Of a DNA stretch of 64,000 bases, positions 29,406-38,427 are shown one piece after another. The position numbers and the translations under genes were made by a program. The notes below the pieces were generated by a model that was not told the DNA's origin, did no database searches, and worked only from the letters and a program-made list of their open reading frames with translations. Positions within the stretch are counted from its first letter, which is position 1. Each line of letters starts with the position of its first letter. Source of the stretch: a virus; IMG/VR virus record IMGVR_UViG_3300032294_003343, positions 96,001 to 160,000 of that record; one strand, given 5' to 3'.

Positions 29406-30228
29406 TTATCTTACAGATGTATTTACTAAAATTTCATTATGCAGACATTTTGAAAACGTAGTTTATGAAAAAATACAAGATAAATCTATAAGAGCACCAA
29501 CTTATTTATCAGCTGGTCAGGAAAGCATTCCATGTTCAATTGCCTCTTATCTTCAAGCTAAAAATATTGACCCGAATATTTTTATTCAGCATAGGGGGCA
29601 TTCAACTTATTTGGCTTTTGATGCTTCGCCTGAAAAGCTTGTTGATGAGTTGCTCGGCCTAGAATCAGGTTGCTCTTTTGGTATGGGTGGATCAGCATCA
29701 ATTCAATCATTTGAAAAAAATATTTTTGGACATGATGGTTTGATGGGTTCACAAGTGCCCATAGCTGTTGGTCATTGTTATGAAACTAGAAGTCCGACAA
29801 TTGTTTTTATGGGAGATGCTTCTGCCGAAGAAGACTATGTAGGATCTGCAATAGGTTGGGCATCTACTAAAAATTTACCCATACTTTTTATCGTTGAAGA
29901 TAATAATTTATCAATACTAACAGAGAAAAAAGTAAGAAGAAATTGGGCTATGCACGATTTGGCAATAGCCTACAAAATGAATGCTTATGATATCAGTGAT
30001 GATCCTACAATAATTGCTGAACATCTTAAGGACGTATTTAATGGGCCATTGTTATTAAATATAAGAACTGTCAGAAAGTATTGGCATGCTGGTGCTGGCA
30101 TAGATGGAGATTATTTTGATAGATATGAATGGCTCAAAAAAATTATGCCACTTGAAGTATTGAATATTGATGAAGAAAATAAAAATAGGGTAGAGGCATT
30201 ATGGCAATCACGCTTAGAGAAACTATAA
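29395..30228 (+). CDS. ThDP-dependent E1 alpha-like subunit
   Basis: YLSAGQE, QHRGH, GMGGS and GDA..EDNN ThDP motif. Confidence 0.85.
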   Translation: MTTDYLTDVFTKISLCRHFENVVYEKIQDKSIRAPTYLSAGQESIPCSIASYLQAKNIDPNIFIQHRGHSTYLAFDASPEKLVDELLGLESGCSFGMGGSASIQSFEKNIFGHDGLMGSQVPIAVGHCYETRSPTIVFMGDASAEEDYVGSAIGWASTKNLPILFIVEDNNLSILTEKKVRRNWAMHDLAIAYKMNAYDISDDPTIIAEHLKDVFNGPLLLNIRTVRKYWHAGAGIDGDYFDRYEWLKKIMPLEVLNIDEENKNRVEALWQSRLEKL

Positions 30229-31112
30229 AATCTTTAGTCAAAAATCATTTGCTTGAAAAAAAGGGCAAAGTTTATGGGCAATGTTTATCAGCTGTTGGAT
30301 GGGTAGGCGGAACATTGCCAGAACTCTTTGAAGAAGATGGCATGGTTGATTTATCAATGGCTGATGTTGCTAATGGTGCAATAACTGTTGGTGCTGCACT
30401 TGCAAACACAAGACCAATTTATGTCGTCCGATATCAAGGATTTCAATGGTACAACTGTGTTTCAATATTAAATTACGCAGCTAAAAGTAAGGATATTTGG
30501 AAAAGATCTTGTCCTGTATTAGTGAGAAGTGTTGCTATGGAAGGTGCAATTGGACCAGTTGCAGGTTCATCTCATCACTCTTTATTTTATAGAATGCCAG
30601 GAATAAAAATTGTTTCTCCTATGACTCCAAATGAATACGAACATGCATACAATGAATTTATGAATGATGATGTTCCATATTATTTTTCAGAACATAGAAA
30701 AAGTTTTGATAATGACAAAGACTTAGAAAACATCATTTATGAAGACGCTGACGTTGTGCTGATTCCATTTTCAGTGACAAGATTTTCAGCTCAAAAAGCA
30801 TCTGAAATTTTATTCAATCAAGGTATTAAATGCAATGTCTTGCACCAATTGTGGATAAAGCCATTGAAGTTTGATGATAATTTTTATAAAAATGCTTCTA
30901 ACTGCAAATATGGTTGCATTGTGCTAGATGACGATTATACGTCAGGCATAATTGAATCTGTGGCATACAAATTAAGTAAAAAAATAAATAAGCCTATAGA
31001 ATGTATGGGTTTAGATGATAAAACTGCTGGTTTTGCTAAAGAACATGATAATTTGCCTCCAGATGAACATCAAATAGTAAAAAAAGTGATTGAAATGATT
31101 GGTAAAAGATAA
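30201..31112 (+). CDS. ThDP-dependent E1 beta-like subunit (transketolase pyrimidine-binding plus C-terminal domain)
   Basis: Follows the alpha subunit. NYAAK..PVLVR, MPGIKIVSPMTP and WIKPL motifs. Confidence 0.8.
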   Translation: MAITLRETIKSLVKNHLLEKKGKVYGQCLSAVGWVGGTLPELFEEDGMVDLSMADVANGAITVGAALANTRPIYVVRYQGFQWYNCVSILNYAAKSKDIWKRSCPVLVRSVAMEGAIGPVAGSSHHSLFYRMPGIKIVSPMTPNEYEHAYNEFMNDDVPYYFSEHRKSFDNDKDLENIIYEDADVVLIPFSVTRFSAQKASEILFNQGIKCNVLHQLWIKPLKFDDNFYKNASNCKYGCIVLDDDYTSGIIESVAYKLSKKINKPIECMGLDDKTAGFAKEHDNLPPDEHQIVKKVIEMIGKR

Positions 31113-31121
31113 AATAAAGTT

Positions 31122-32117
31122 ATGAAAATATTAATTATTACCACAAAATGGGCTGCTGGTACAATGAAAAATGTATATTGTGCTACGCATAGATCTTTAG
31201 TTAGACCAGCTCAAGAGTTATTTAAGAATAATCCAGATGTAGATTTAGCAATCGAATATATCGAAGTAAATGAAATTTGGTCTGCAAAGCAGTTAAATGA
31301 GAGATTGCTCAGAAATGACTTTGATATTTGTGTTTTTTCGCCTTTTGAGAGCATAGTTCCATCTTTAGATACTACAAAAAAACTTGGTAAAAAATTGTTC
31401 ATTTGTGTATGGGATCAACTCAATGGAGCAACAAATAACAGAGCAGTTAACATGCGATTGTTCTTAAAAAATCCATACAATAATGGTGTTGTCAATTTTG
31501 AACATTCTATGTGTGCATACTCGCAATATTGCAACATTTTAGTAGGCGGAAACTTATATGGACAAAAGTTTCCTAATATTTACGCAGTTTACGAACCCAT
31601 GGATACTACCGTTTTGTATCCTGTGCCAGAAGAAGAAAAATCACATGAATTAGCTTTCATTGGATCACTTTATGAATTTGAAAGACAGTGGTTTGTCAAT
31701 AAACTTTTAGAGAAAAAATTTCCATTGCATGTGCTAGGTGGCAAAGGTGAATCAGAACAAAAACTCTCTTATAATGATTGGGCAAAGGTTAATAGAGAAA
31801 CAAAAATCTCACTGAATTTCAATGGTAATTTTTGCATGGGCTGCCTTAAAGGAAGAGTGTGGGAAATTGCTGCTTGCAACAATCTTATGATAGCAACTAT
31901 ACCTGATGTATACAAATTTCCCAATGGATCATGGTTTACAGAGGATGTTCACTATGTAAGTATTGATAAAGTCAATTACTTAGATAAGATTAGATATTAC
32001 CTTAATAATCCACAAAAAAGAATAGCTATTGCAAATGCTATGCATGAACACTGGAAGAATAATTACACAGCTGAAATTTGGTGGAATAATATATTCAATT
32101 GGTCCAAAAATGTTTAA
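31122..32117 (+). CDS. GT-B glycosyltransferase, CgeB-like (paralogue 2)
   Basis: KKLGKKLF..WD, ETKISLN, KGRVWEIAAC and DKIRYYLNNPQKR motifs. Confidence 0.75.
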   Translation: MKILIITTKWAAGTMKNVYCATHRSLVRPAQELFKNNPDVDLAIEYIEVNEIWSAKQLNERLLRNDFDICVFSPFESIVPSLDTTKKLGKKLFICVWDQLNGATNNRAVNMRLFLKNPYNNGVVNFEHSMCAYSQYCNILVGGNLYGQKFPNIYAVYEPMDTTVLYPVPEEEKSHELAFIGSLYEFERQWFVNKLLEKKFPLHVLGGKGESEQKLSYNDWAKVNRETKISLNFNGNFCMGCLKGRVWEIAACNNLMIATIPDVYKFPNGSWFTEDVHYVSIDKVNYLDKIRYYLNNPQKRIAIANAMHEHWKNNYTAEIWWNNIFNWSKNV

Positions 32118-32180
32118 TTATAATATTTAATAATTATTGATAACTCGGATTTCCAACCAGACTTAAGAGACATATATAAA

Positions 32181-32786
32181 ATGAAAAACTATACTGAGCA
32201 AGAATTGATCGATTTTGAAACTGATATTGCAAACTGTTTCAACAATTTAATGATAAAGGCTGTAATCCATTTATCAAATGGAAATGAAAAACAACTTATT
32301 GATATATTCAAAAATATCAATGAAGATGACTGGGTATTCTGTTCATGGAGATCACACTATCAGTGTTTATTGAAAGGTGTTCCTAGCGAAAAACTTAAGC
32401 AAGACATTATAGACGGTAAATCTATGGCTTTAAATTACCCAGAATATAAAGTGTATTCTTCTGCAATTGTAACAGGCAATATACCAATTTCAGTTGGAGT
32501 GGCATTAGATATTAAGCGCAAAAATTTATCCAACCACGTTTGGTGTTTTGTTGGCGACATGACTTCAGAAACTGGCACATTTTTTGAAAATTGGAAGTTT
32601 GCTGTCAATCACGATTTACCAATCACCTTTGTTATAGAAGATAATAATAAATCTGTGTGTTCTGACACTAGAAAAGTATGGAACACTGAAAAGTTATTCT
32701 TTGAAGAACCTAAACCAAAAGTTATATTCTTCAAATATGAATCAAAATATCCACATGCTGGAGCTGGAAAAAGGATACAGTTTTAA
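32181..32786 (+). CDS. Short ThDP-dependent E1 alpha-like subunit
   Basis: IHLSNGNE, SWRSHY and GDM..EDNN motifs in 201 aa. Confidence 0.8.
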   Translation: MKNYTEQELIDFETDIANCFNNLMIKAVIHLSNGNEKQLIDIFKNINEDDWVFCSWRSHYQCLLKGVPSEKLKQDIIDGKSMALNYPEYKVYSSAIVTGNIPISVGVALDIKRKNLSNHVWCFVGDMTSETGTFFENWKFAVNHDLPITFVIEDNNKSVCSDTRKVWNTEKLFFEEPKPKVIFFKYESKYPHAGAGKRIQF

Positions 32787-33322
32787 TGAAATACGCAGAT
32801 GAATTAAAAAGATCAATGGATTGGCTTGCTTCTAAAGAAGATACATTATTCTTGGGACAGGCAGTAGAATATCCAGGCACAGCGATGTCAAACACATTGA
32901 AAGATGTAAATCCAGAAAAATTATTAGAAGTACCAGTAGCTGAAGACATGCAAATGGGAATGACTCTAGGTTTAGCTTTAAATGGCACTTTTCCTATTTC
33001 TTTTTTCCCCAGATGGAATTTCTTAATATTAGCAGCAAATCAATTAGTAAACCACATTGATAAAATCAAGATTATGTCTGATGGAAATTTTAAACCAAAA
33101 ATTATCATTAGAACATCTATTGGTGCACAAAGACCACTTCACCCACAGCATCAACATATAGCTGATTACACAGCTGGTTTCAAGGCTATGTGTGACTTTG
33201 TTGATATCATCAGATTAGAAGAAGCACATCAAATTTTTGATGCTTATAAATATGCATATGAAAGAACTGATGGTAGACCAACAATCTTGGTTGAATGGGG
33301 AGATTTCCTTAACGAAAAATGA
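32786..33322 (+). CDS. Short E1 beta-like subunit (pyrimidine-binding domain only)
   Basis: FLGQ, EVPVAEDMQMG, NQLVNH and PQH motifs in 178 aa, with no C-terminal domain. Confidence 0.8.
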   Translation: MKYADELKRSMDWLASKEDTLFLGQAVEYPGTAMSNTLKDVNPEKLLEVPVAEDMQMGMTLGLALNGTFPISFFPRWNFLILAANQLVNHIDKIKIMSDGNFKPKIIIRTSIGAQRPLHPQHQHIADYTAGFKAMCDFVDIIRLEEAHQIFDAYKYAYERTDGRPTILVEWGDFLNEK

Positions 33323-34290
33323 AAGTTTTAATCGTTGCTGATCATTTTAGAAACATTGAATCTCATGCTTATGCCTTTTTAGTAAGAAGCTTTGAGGGTG
33401 CTTTTATTGGCAATAATGAATATGAATTGCTGGTAAGACATATTGCACCTAATGAAATTTGGTCAGCTGAAGCATTGTCTAAAGTTTTATTAGAAACAGA
33501 TTTTGATATTGCTGTTGTAAGTCCACTTTGGCACGTTCATGTTCAGCTTCATGTTGCCAAAAAGTTAGGCAAAAAACTTTTTATTCAGTATTGGGATACA
33601 CATTCTCCAATACATACTTCTTCTAGACTTACAAATTTTAAGATATTCTTGAAATCTATAACAGAATGCGGACATACATTTGTTCACACATGCAAAGAAT
33701 ATTCACAATATTGTAATGTATTAATAGCTGACTATGGAGATGGAGAATTTGAACCAAACATTTATTGTGTACCAACTCCTATAGATCCAAGAAAATTTTA
33801 TCCAGTTCCTGAAGATGAAAAACAATATGATCTTTTATTTTTTGGACAGCTTTCTACCAATGAAAGAAAATTTTTTCTACCTGGCATTAAAAAAGCCAAC
33901 CTGCCAATTACCATAAAAGGTGTTGACTCACAGCCAGATTGGGATGAATTTGCTGAAATTAACAGAAAAGCAAAAATTAGTTTAGTTCTTAATGCAAAAG
34001 CTTCAGGTGAGGGCCAAAGAAAAGGTAAAATTTATGAGGCAGCTGCTTGTAAAAATTTAGCTATTGTAACTCATCCCGAGGCCTACTATGATAGAGGAAA
34101 GCACATTTTTAAAGAAAATGTTCACTATGTTTCAATTGATAAACAAAACTATCGAGATAAAATTAAATACTATTTAGATAATCCTGAAGAAAGATTGAAG
34201 ATTTCACAACAGTTATATGATTATTACATAGAAAATTACTCTGCTAAAGCATTTTGGTATAATATATTTAAGTACTCGAAAGATAAATAA
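33319..34290 (+). CDS. GT-B glycosyltransferase, CgeB-like (paralogue 3)
   Basis: KKLGKKLF..WD, KAKISL, KGKIYEAAAC and DKIKYYLDNPEER motifs. Confidence 0.75.
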   Translation: MKVLIVADHFRNIESHAYAFLVRSFEGAFIGNNEYELLVRHIAPNEIWSAEALSKVLLETDFDIAVVSPLWHVHVQLHVAKKLGKKLFIQYWDTHSPIHTSSRLTNFKIFLKSITECGHTFVHTCKEYSQYCNVLIADYGDGEFEPNIYCVPTPIDPRKFYPVPEDEKQYDLLFFGQLSTNERKFFLPGIKKANLPITIKGVDSQPDWDEFAEINRKAKISLVLNAKASGEGQRKGKIYEAAACKNLAIVTHPEAYYDRGKHIFKENVHYVSIDKQNYRDKIKYYLDNPEERLKISQQLYDYYIENYSAKAFWYNIFKYSKDK

Positions 34291-34291
34291 A

Positions 34292-35461
34292 ATGAATAAA
34301 TTTTTCCTACCATTGATGAATGATAATATCGACAAAGAAGATGTAAATTCAGTGATTGAGTTTTTATCTCAAGATAATATTCCAAAGCTGACTAATGGAC
34401 CAAAAGTTGTGGAATTTGAAAATGCATGGGGACAATGGTTAGGTACAAAATACAATTTGTTTGTAAATTCAGGTGCTTCTGCTAATGAATTAACAATGTT
34501 AGCTTTAGCTCACATTGTTGGTGAAGGCGAAATTATTGTCCCACCCTTAACTTGGATATCAGACATTTCTTCAGTTCTTTTTGCTGGTCATAAACTTGTA
34601 TTTGTTGATGTCAATTTTACTAACTTATCATTTGATATAGATAAACTTAAAGAAGCAATTACACCAAATACAAAAGCCATATTTTTAACACACGTTTTGG
34701 GAATCAATGGCTTAACAGATGAGCTTATTGATATTTGCGAAAAGAATAATATCTTATTAATTGAAGATGTTTGTGAGTCCCATGGTACAACCTTCCAAGG
34801 CTGCAAGGTTGGTAATTTTGGGTTTGCCAGTAATTTTAGTTTTTATTTTGCTCACCATATGTCAACAATTGAAGGTGGGATGATTAGTACAAACAATTGG
34901 GAATTTTATCAAGTTTGTCGTGCCCTAAGATCTCATGGGATGACTAGAGAAATGACAAGTGATTCTATGAAAGTTTCTATTGCAATGGATAACCCTGATT
35001 TAAATCCTGATTTTATATTTTTACGTCCAGCTCACAATTTTAGAAGTACTGAAATTAATGCGGTTATAGGTTTATCGCAATTGCCAAAACTTGATGCAAA
35101 AAATCAAGAAAGAATTGATAATTTTGATTTATTTATATCGAATTTGGATTCTGAAAAGTATCATGTTGCTCTAAACACTGAAGGTAATTGTAATTACGCT
35201 TTTATTGTAATTCTAAAAGATGCTGATTTTTCAAAAAGAAATGAATTAGAGAAAAAATTACAAAACAACGGCATAGAATTTAGAAGAGGATTATCTGGTG
35301 GTGGTAATCAAATGAGACAGCCTTTTTTCAAGTCTGTTTACACTGATTTTTCAAATTTTCCAAATATTGAACATATTCATAATTATTCATGGTATATCGG
35401 AAATTATCCAGGCTTAGAAAAAGAAAAAATTATAAAACTTCTTGAGGTTTTGAATGGCTAA
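34292..35461 (+). CDS. DegT/DnrJ-fold PLP enzyme, ColD-like NDP-4-keto-6-deoxysugar 3-dehydratase
   Basis: VNSGASAN, IEDVCESHG and SFYFAHHMSTIEGG (His at the Schiff-base Lys position). No Fe-S Cys cluster. Confidence 0.8.
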   Translation: MNKFFLPLMNDNIDKEDVNSVIEFLSQDNIPKLTNGPKVVEFENAWGQWLGTKYNLFVNSGASANELTMLALAHIVGEGEIIVPPLTWISDISSVLFAGHKLVFVDVNFTNLSFDIDKLKEAITPNTKAIFLTHVLGINGLTDELIDICEKNNILLIEDVCESHGTTFQGCKVGNFGFASNFSFYFAHHMSTIEGGMISTNNWEFYQVCRALRSHGMTREMTSDSMKVSIAMDNPDLNPDFIFLRPAHNFRSTEINAVIGLSQLPKLDAKNQERIDNFDLFISNLDSEKYHVALNTEGNCNYAFIVILKDADFSKRNELEKKLQNNGIEFRRGLSGGGNQMRQPFFKSVYTDFSNFPNIEHIHNYSWYIGNYPGLEKEKIIKLLEVLNG

Positions 35462-35963
35462 GGTTGAAGCTTTATCCAATGTTATAATCAAACAAGTCGA
35501 TAGCTTCCATGATCACAGAGGGCAGCTTTTTACTTTATGGGAAAAATCTGACTTTGACTTTTTAAATTTCAACCATGATAAAGTTGCAATTTCGCACAAA
35601 AATGTACTAAGGGGACTTCATACTGATAAATCTTGGAAGCTTATCACTTGCATTCATGGATCAATACAGTTAGTAGTTGCAAATATTGATAAAAACAGTC
35701 AGGAATATTTAGACCATATAGATATCATCATAAATTCTGATGACAAAATTAAAACTTTTGTTCTTGTTCCACCTGGTTATGTAAATGGGCATCTCGTACT
35801 AAGTGATGAAGCTGTGTTTTATTACAAATGGTGTTACGAAGGTGAATACCCAGACATGAAAGATCAGTTGTCAGTAAATTGGGCAGATCCAAAGTTAGAC
35901 ATAAATTGGCTTACAGATGACCCAATACTTTCTGACAGAGATAAAAAGACCCGATTATTATGA
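35454..35963 (+). CDS. rmlC: dTDP-4-dehydrorhamnose 3,5-epimerase family
   Basis: FHDHRG, NVLRGLH, KLITCIHG, VPPGYVNG and PILSDRD motifs. Confidence 0.88.
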   Translation: MAKVEALSNVIIKQVDSFHDHRGQLFTLWEKSDFDFLNFNHDKVAISHKNVLRGLHTDKSWKLITCIHGSIQLVVANIDKNSQEYLDHIDIIINSDDKIKTFVLVPPGYVNGHLVLSDEAVFYYKWCYEGEYPDMKDQLSVNWADPKLDINWLTDDPILSDRDKKTRLL

Positions 35964-36730
35964 AAGAACTATATAAAGATATCAAAATATTAGTAATTGG
36001 CGACTCTTGTACTGATATTTTCACCTATGGAAATGTACTAAGACTTGCTCCAGAAGGGCCAGCTCCTGTTTTCAACCCTTTATTTACTACAAATAATGGT
36101 GGTATGGCATTAAACGTAGCTGCAAATATTTCTGCTATTGGAGCTAATGTCAAGCTAATTACCCAAGATGAAAATATAACTAAAACTAGATATATAGACC
36201 AAAGAACTAATTCACTATTATTGAGGATAGATGAAAATGATACATCATCTAAAATTTCAAAACATATACTCAATAATTTAATAGATAATGTATATGAAGA
36301 TGTCAAATATGATGCAATTATTGTAAGTGATTATTGTAAGGGTTTTTTATCAGAAGAAGATATAGAAACTATAGCTACTAGGAATTCGAAAGTATTTTTA
36401 GATACAAAAAAGATCTTAGGCGAATGGTGCAATGATGTAACATTCATAAAAATTAATCATACTGAATATGATAAGACAAAGCATACTATCGATTATTTAG
36501 GTTTGTACGGGAAGATGATTATAACAAGATCTGATGAAGGTTGTGAGTATGATCATTCAATTTTTCCAGTTGAAAAAGTAAATATCAAAGATGTTTCCGG
36601 CGCAGGAGATACATTTATTTCTGGACTTGTATGTGAATTTATCAGAACAAATAATATTGTTGAGGCGATAAAGTTTGCCCAAGAATGTGCTACTCAAGTA
36701 GTTCAAAAGAAGGGAGTTTGTACTATATGA
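35960..36730 (+). CDS. PfkB-family sugar kinase, RfaE/HldE kinase-domain-like
   Basis: ILVIGD, RLAPEGPAPV, GGMALNVAAN, VSDYCKG and DVSGAGDT motifs. Confidence 0.85.
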   Translation: MKELYKDIKILVIGDSCTDIFTYGNVLRLAPEGPAPVFNPLFTTNNGGMALNVAANISAIGANVKLITQDENITKTRYIDQRTNSLLLRIDENDTSSKISKHILNNLIDNVYEDVKYDAIIVSDYCKGFLSEEDIETIATRNSKVFLDTKKILGEWCNDVTFIKINHTEYDKTKHTIDYLGLYGKMIITRSDEGCEYDHSIFPVEKVNIKDVSGAGDTFISGLVCEFIRTNNIVEAIKFAQECATQVVQKKGVCTI

Positions 36731-37017
36731 ACATGAAAGAATATTATGCAATGTACTTAACTTTGCATCAAAACAAAATTTGCAGACGATTGCATGTCTT
36801 AGGACAGTTTATGACAATTATGTGGGTTGTAGGCTGTTTTCGTTTTGAATATTATTGGTTTTTATTATTGACACCATTTATTGTTTATCCGTTTGCTTGG
36901 TCTGGTCATTATTTCTTTGAGAAAAATAAGCCAGCTGCATTTAAGGATCCAGTTAAGGCTAAAATTAGCGATTGGATTATGCTATTTGATATTCTTCGAG
37001 GCAAAGTACCATTCTAA
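36727..37017 (+). CDS. DUF962/Mpo1-like small membrane protein
   Basis: YLTLHQNKICRRLHVLG..YPFAWSGHYFFEKNKPAAF. Start at ATG 36727 (ATGA overlap). Confidence 0.8.
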   Translation: MNMKEYYAMYLTLHQNKICRRLHVLGQFMTIMWVVGCFRFEYYWFLLLTPFIVYPFAWSGHYFFEKNKPAAFKDPVKAKISDWIMLFDILRGKVPF

Positions 37018-37044
37018 AAAAAAGAGGCTTGTAGCCTCTTTTTT
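37016..37044. terminator. Bidirectional intrinsic terminator
   Basis: aaaaaaaagaggct-tgt-agcctctttttt between convergent genes. Confidence 0.85.
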
Positions 37045-38353
37045 ATTTGTCAAAAAAACTATCTAGAACTTCACCTATATAATCAATTTGTTCTTCTGTT
37101 ATAACTGGAGACGTTCCTAAAAAGAAAGTATCAGTGGTGACTTTTTTAGCAACTGGAAAGTCATTAAGATCCATATCGGCAACTAAATGACTATAAGCTG
37201 GTTGCATCAAAATGTTTCCAGCAAAATATGGTCTAGTTTGAATTTTTTTAGATTCTAAATACTGACAAATATCACTTCTCTTAAAAGGTGCGTTATCTTT
37301 GACAGTTATTGGGAATGCAAACCAATTTACATCTGCATTCTTTTGTGCTACTGGAAGAACAAAATATTCTTCATACTTAGAAAACTTTTCTGTTAATAAT
37401 TTGTGATTTCTTTGACGTAAATTTTTAATTTCAGCAAGTTTATCAATTTGAGCTAACAACATACTGGCTTGAACTTCGATTGGTTTTAAGTTATAACCAA
37501 TTTCTTCATAGACATATTTATGGTCAAATACTTCTCCTGGCATACTAGGTAGCCATTCTGAAAATCTTTGATTGCAAGCTCCACATTCTGTAATATTTTG
37601 TTTACCAATACAAAAACATCCACGACCCCAATCACGAATAGAACGGATCACTCTTTCTAAATTATCATCATTACAAACAACTAACCCGCCTTCTCCACAA
37701 GTAATATGATGAGCAGGATAGAAAGAACAAGAAGCCATAGTGCCGAAGCTGCCCAAAGGATTACCGTCGAATGATGAACCTAAAGCATCACAACAATCCT
37801 CAAGTAATATTAATCCATAATGATCAATAATATCTAATAATCTGTACATGTCAGGAGGATTTCCTAACACATGAGCAAATGTTATGATTTTTATTTCTGG
37901 ATCTGCCTGTAAAGTAGCTTCTACATCATCTAAATTTAAGTTTAAACCATCTAAAGAAATATCTACAAAAACAGGCTTGAAACCACATTGAAAAATCGGG
38001 TTTATAGTAGTTGGAAAACCAGCAATAGGAGTAAGTACTTTAGTTCCTTCAGGTAAATTAAGATATCTTTTTGACTTCAAAGCTGACATCATGAGAAGAT
38101 TTGAGCTACTACCTGAGTTAGTCAATAAAGCGTGGTTTTTACCGAATAGAGAGGCTAATTTTCTCTCTGCTTTATATGCTTCAGCTCCTAAAACTAACCA
38201 ACCATCTAACAACGTAGAGACTGATCTAACAATTTCAGTATGATCAAAATAAGGACCAGCATAATGAACATGATCTTTGCCAGGTCTCCATTTTTTATTT
38301 GGTTCGCTTTTGATATAATCTTCAACTATTTTGAGCAATTCTTCTTTAGTCAT
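37043..38353 (-). CDS. rfbH: CDP-4-keto-6-deoxy-D-glucose 3-dehydrase (E1, RfbH/DdhC)
   Basis: TNSGSSSNL, FPTTINP, SFYPAHHITCGEGG, RDWGRGCFC..C (Fe-S) and DHKYVY..IGYNLK motifs. Confidence 0.9.
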   Translation of the reverse strand: MTKEELLKIVEDYIKSEPNKKWRPGKDHVHYAGPYFDHTEIVRSVSTLLDGWLVLGAEAYKAERKLASLFGKNHALLTNSGSSSNLLMMSALKSKRYLNLPEGTKVLTPIAGFPTTINPIFQCGFKPVFVDISLDGLNLNLDDVEATLQADPEIKIITFAHVLGNPPDMYRLLDIIDHYGLILLEDCCDALGSSFDGNPLGSFGTMASCSFYPAHHITCGEGGLVVCNDDNLERVIRSIRDWGRGCFCIGKQNITECGACNQRFSEWLPSMPGEVFDHKYVYEEIGYNLKPIEVQASMLLAQIDKLAEIKNLRQRNHKLLTEKFSKYEEYFVLPVAQKNADVNWFAFPITVKDNAPFKRSDICQYLESKKIQTRPYFAGNILMQPAYSHLVADMDLNDFPVAKKVTTDTFFLGTSPVITEEQIDYIGEVLDSFFDK

Positions 38354-38365
38354 ACTATAATTTTA
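38351..38365 (-). promoter_or_regulatory. -10 box 6 nt before rfbH ATG (leaderless-type)
   Basis: GG-TAAAAT-tatagt-ATG directly downstream of the capsid-gene terminator. Confidence 0.55.
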
Positions 38366-38378
38366 CCACCATTAAAAT

Positions 38379-38412
38379 AAAAAAAGGAGAGGTATTTCTA
38401 CCTCTCCTTTTT
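38379..38412 (-). terminator. Intrinsic terminator after major capsid gene
   Basis: aaaaaggagaggta-tttc-tacctctccttttt perfect stem with A/T runs. Confidence 0.9.
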
Positions 38413-38427
38413 ATGACTAGTTTAGAA

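Noticed and set aside
29395-33322. Pyruvate dehydrogenase auxiliary metabolic genes
   Set aside because: No E2 or E3 gene is in the window, the subunits are short, and they are embedded among NDP-sugar genes and GTs. Sugar branching is the better reading.
16032-38353. Host O-antigen/capsule locus (prophage boundary)
   Set aside because: Phage structural genes flank both sides, and no wzx/wzy/wzm or att/integrase is seen. Promoter style matches the phage genes. A misassembly cannot be fully excluded without reads.
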